Shown: positions 63,601 through 64,000 of the stretch, in pieces
How the letters are laid out: each line of letters starts with the position of its first letter
How positions within the stretch are numbered: the stretch's first letter is position 1
Assembly: GCA_030141605.1 (NCBI GenBank)
Contig: JAQGDQ010000555.1
Location: 78,948-142,947 of the forward strand
Length of the DNA: 64,000 nucleotides
Reading direction: 5' to 3'
Origin: Tubiluchus corallicola
Taxonomy: Eukaryota > Animalia > Priapulida
The notes under the pieces: model-generated
Told to the model about the DNA's origin: nothing
The model's input: only the letters and a program-made list of their open reading frames with translations
Database searches by the model: none
Position numbers and translations under genes: made by a program

Positions 63601-64000
63601 AATTTATTTTAGCAAAGTACTTGTGTATGACACGGTGGAGAGGAAAGTACAAATTTATTTTGGCAAAGCACGAGTGTATGCCATGTGTGTGAAGAAAAAT
63701 ACAAATTTATTTTAACAAAGCACGAGTGTATGACACGGTGGAGAGGAAAATACAAATTTATTTTAACAAAGCACGAGTGTATGACGTGTGTGGGGAGAAA
63801 AATACAGAATTTGTTTTAGCAAAACACGAGTGTATGACATGTGGGGGGAGAAAAATGCAAATTTATTTTAACAAAGCACGAGTGTATGACATGTGTGGGG
63901 AGGAAAATACAAATTTACTTTAACAAAGCACGAGTGTATGACATGTGGGGGGAGAAAAATGCAAATTTATTTTAACAAAGCACGAGTGTATGACATGTGG
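60673..64000. repeat. 50-52-bp satellite with higher-order variant pattern, runs off the window
   Basis: Unit AAAGCACGAGTGTATGACATGTGTGGGGAGAAAAATACAAATTTATTTTAAC. Confidence 0.97.

Noticed and set aside
60790-63923. Many short repetitive ORFs
   Set aside because: Satellite translation.

Overview
AT-rich metazoan (probably invertebrate) genomic DNA with spliceosomal introns and many tandem repeats. Host content: a five-exon ARL2 gene whose first intron is U12-type, a C2H2 zinc-finger gene plus a pseudogene, an intronless S1 serine protease, CR1/L2-group LINE copies and a solo LTR. The outstanding feature is at about 25.8-38.9 kb, where a 52-bp satellite carries intact genes resembling those of a negative-strand RNA virus. 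Three head-to-tail 3700-bp units each read, on the minus strand, [52-bp repeats]-[503-aa class I fusion glycoprotein]-[5'-truncated non-LTR RT with 3' tail]. An intact nucleoprotein-like gene lies upstream. Every insert/satellite junction falls at the same CTTCTA register, with a 6-bp target-site duplication. This points to retrotransposon-mediated, satellite-targeted capture of viral RNAs followed by tandem amplification. Protein family calls rest on motif recognition by eye, not database searches.
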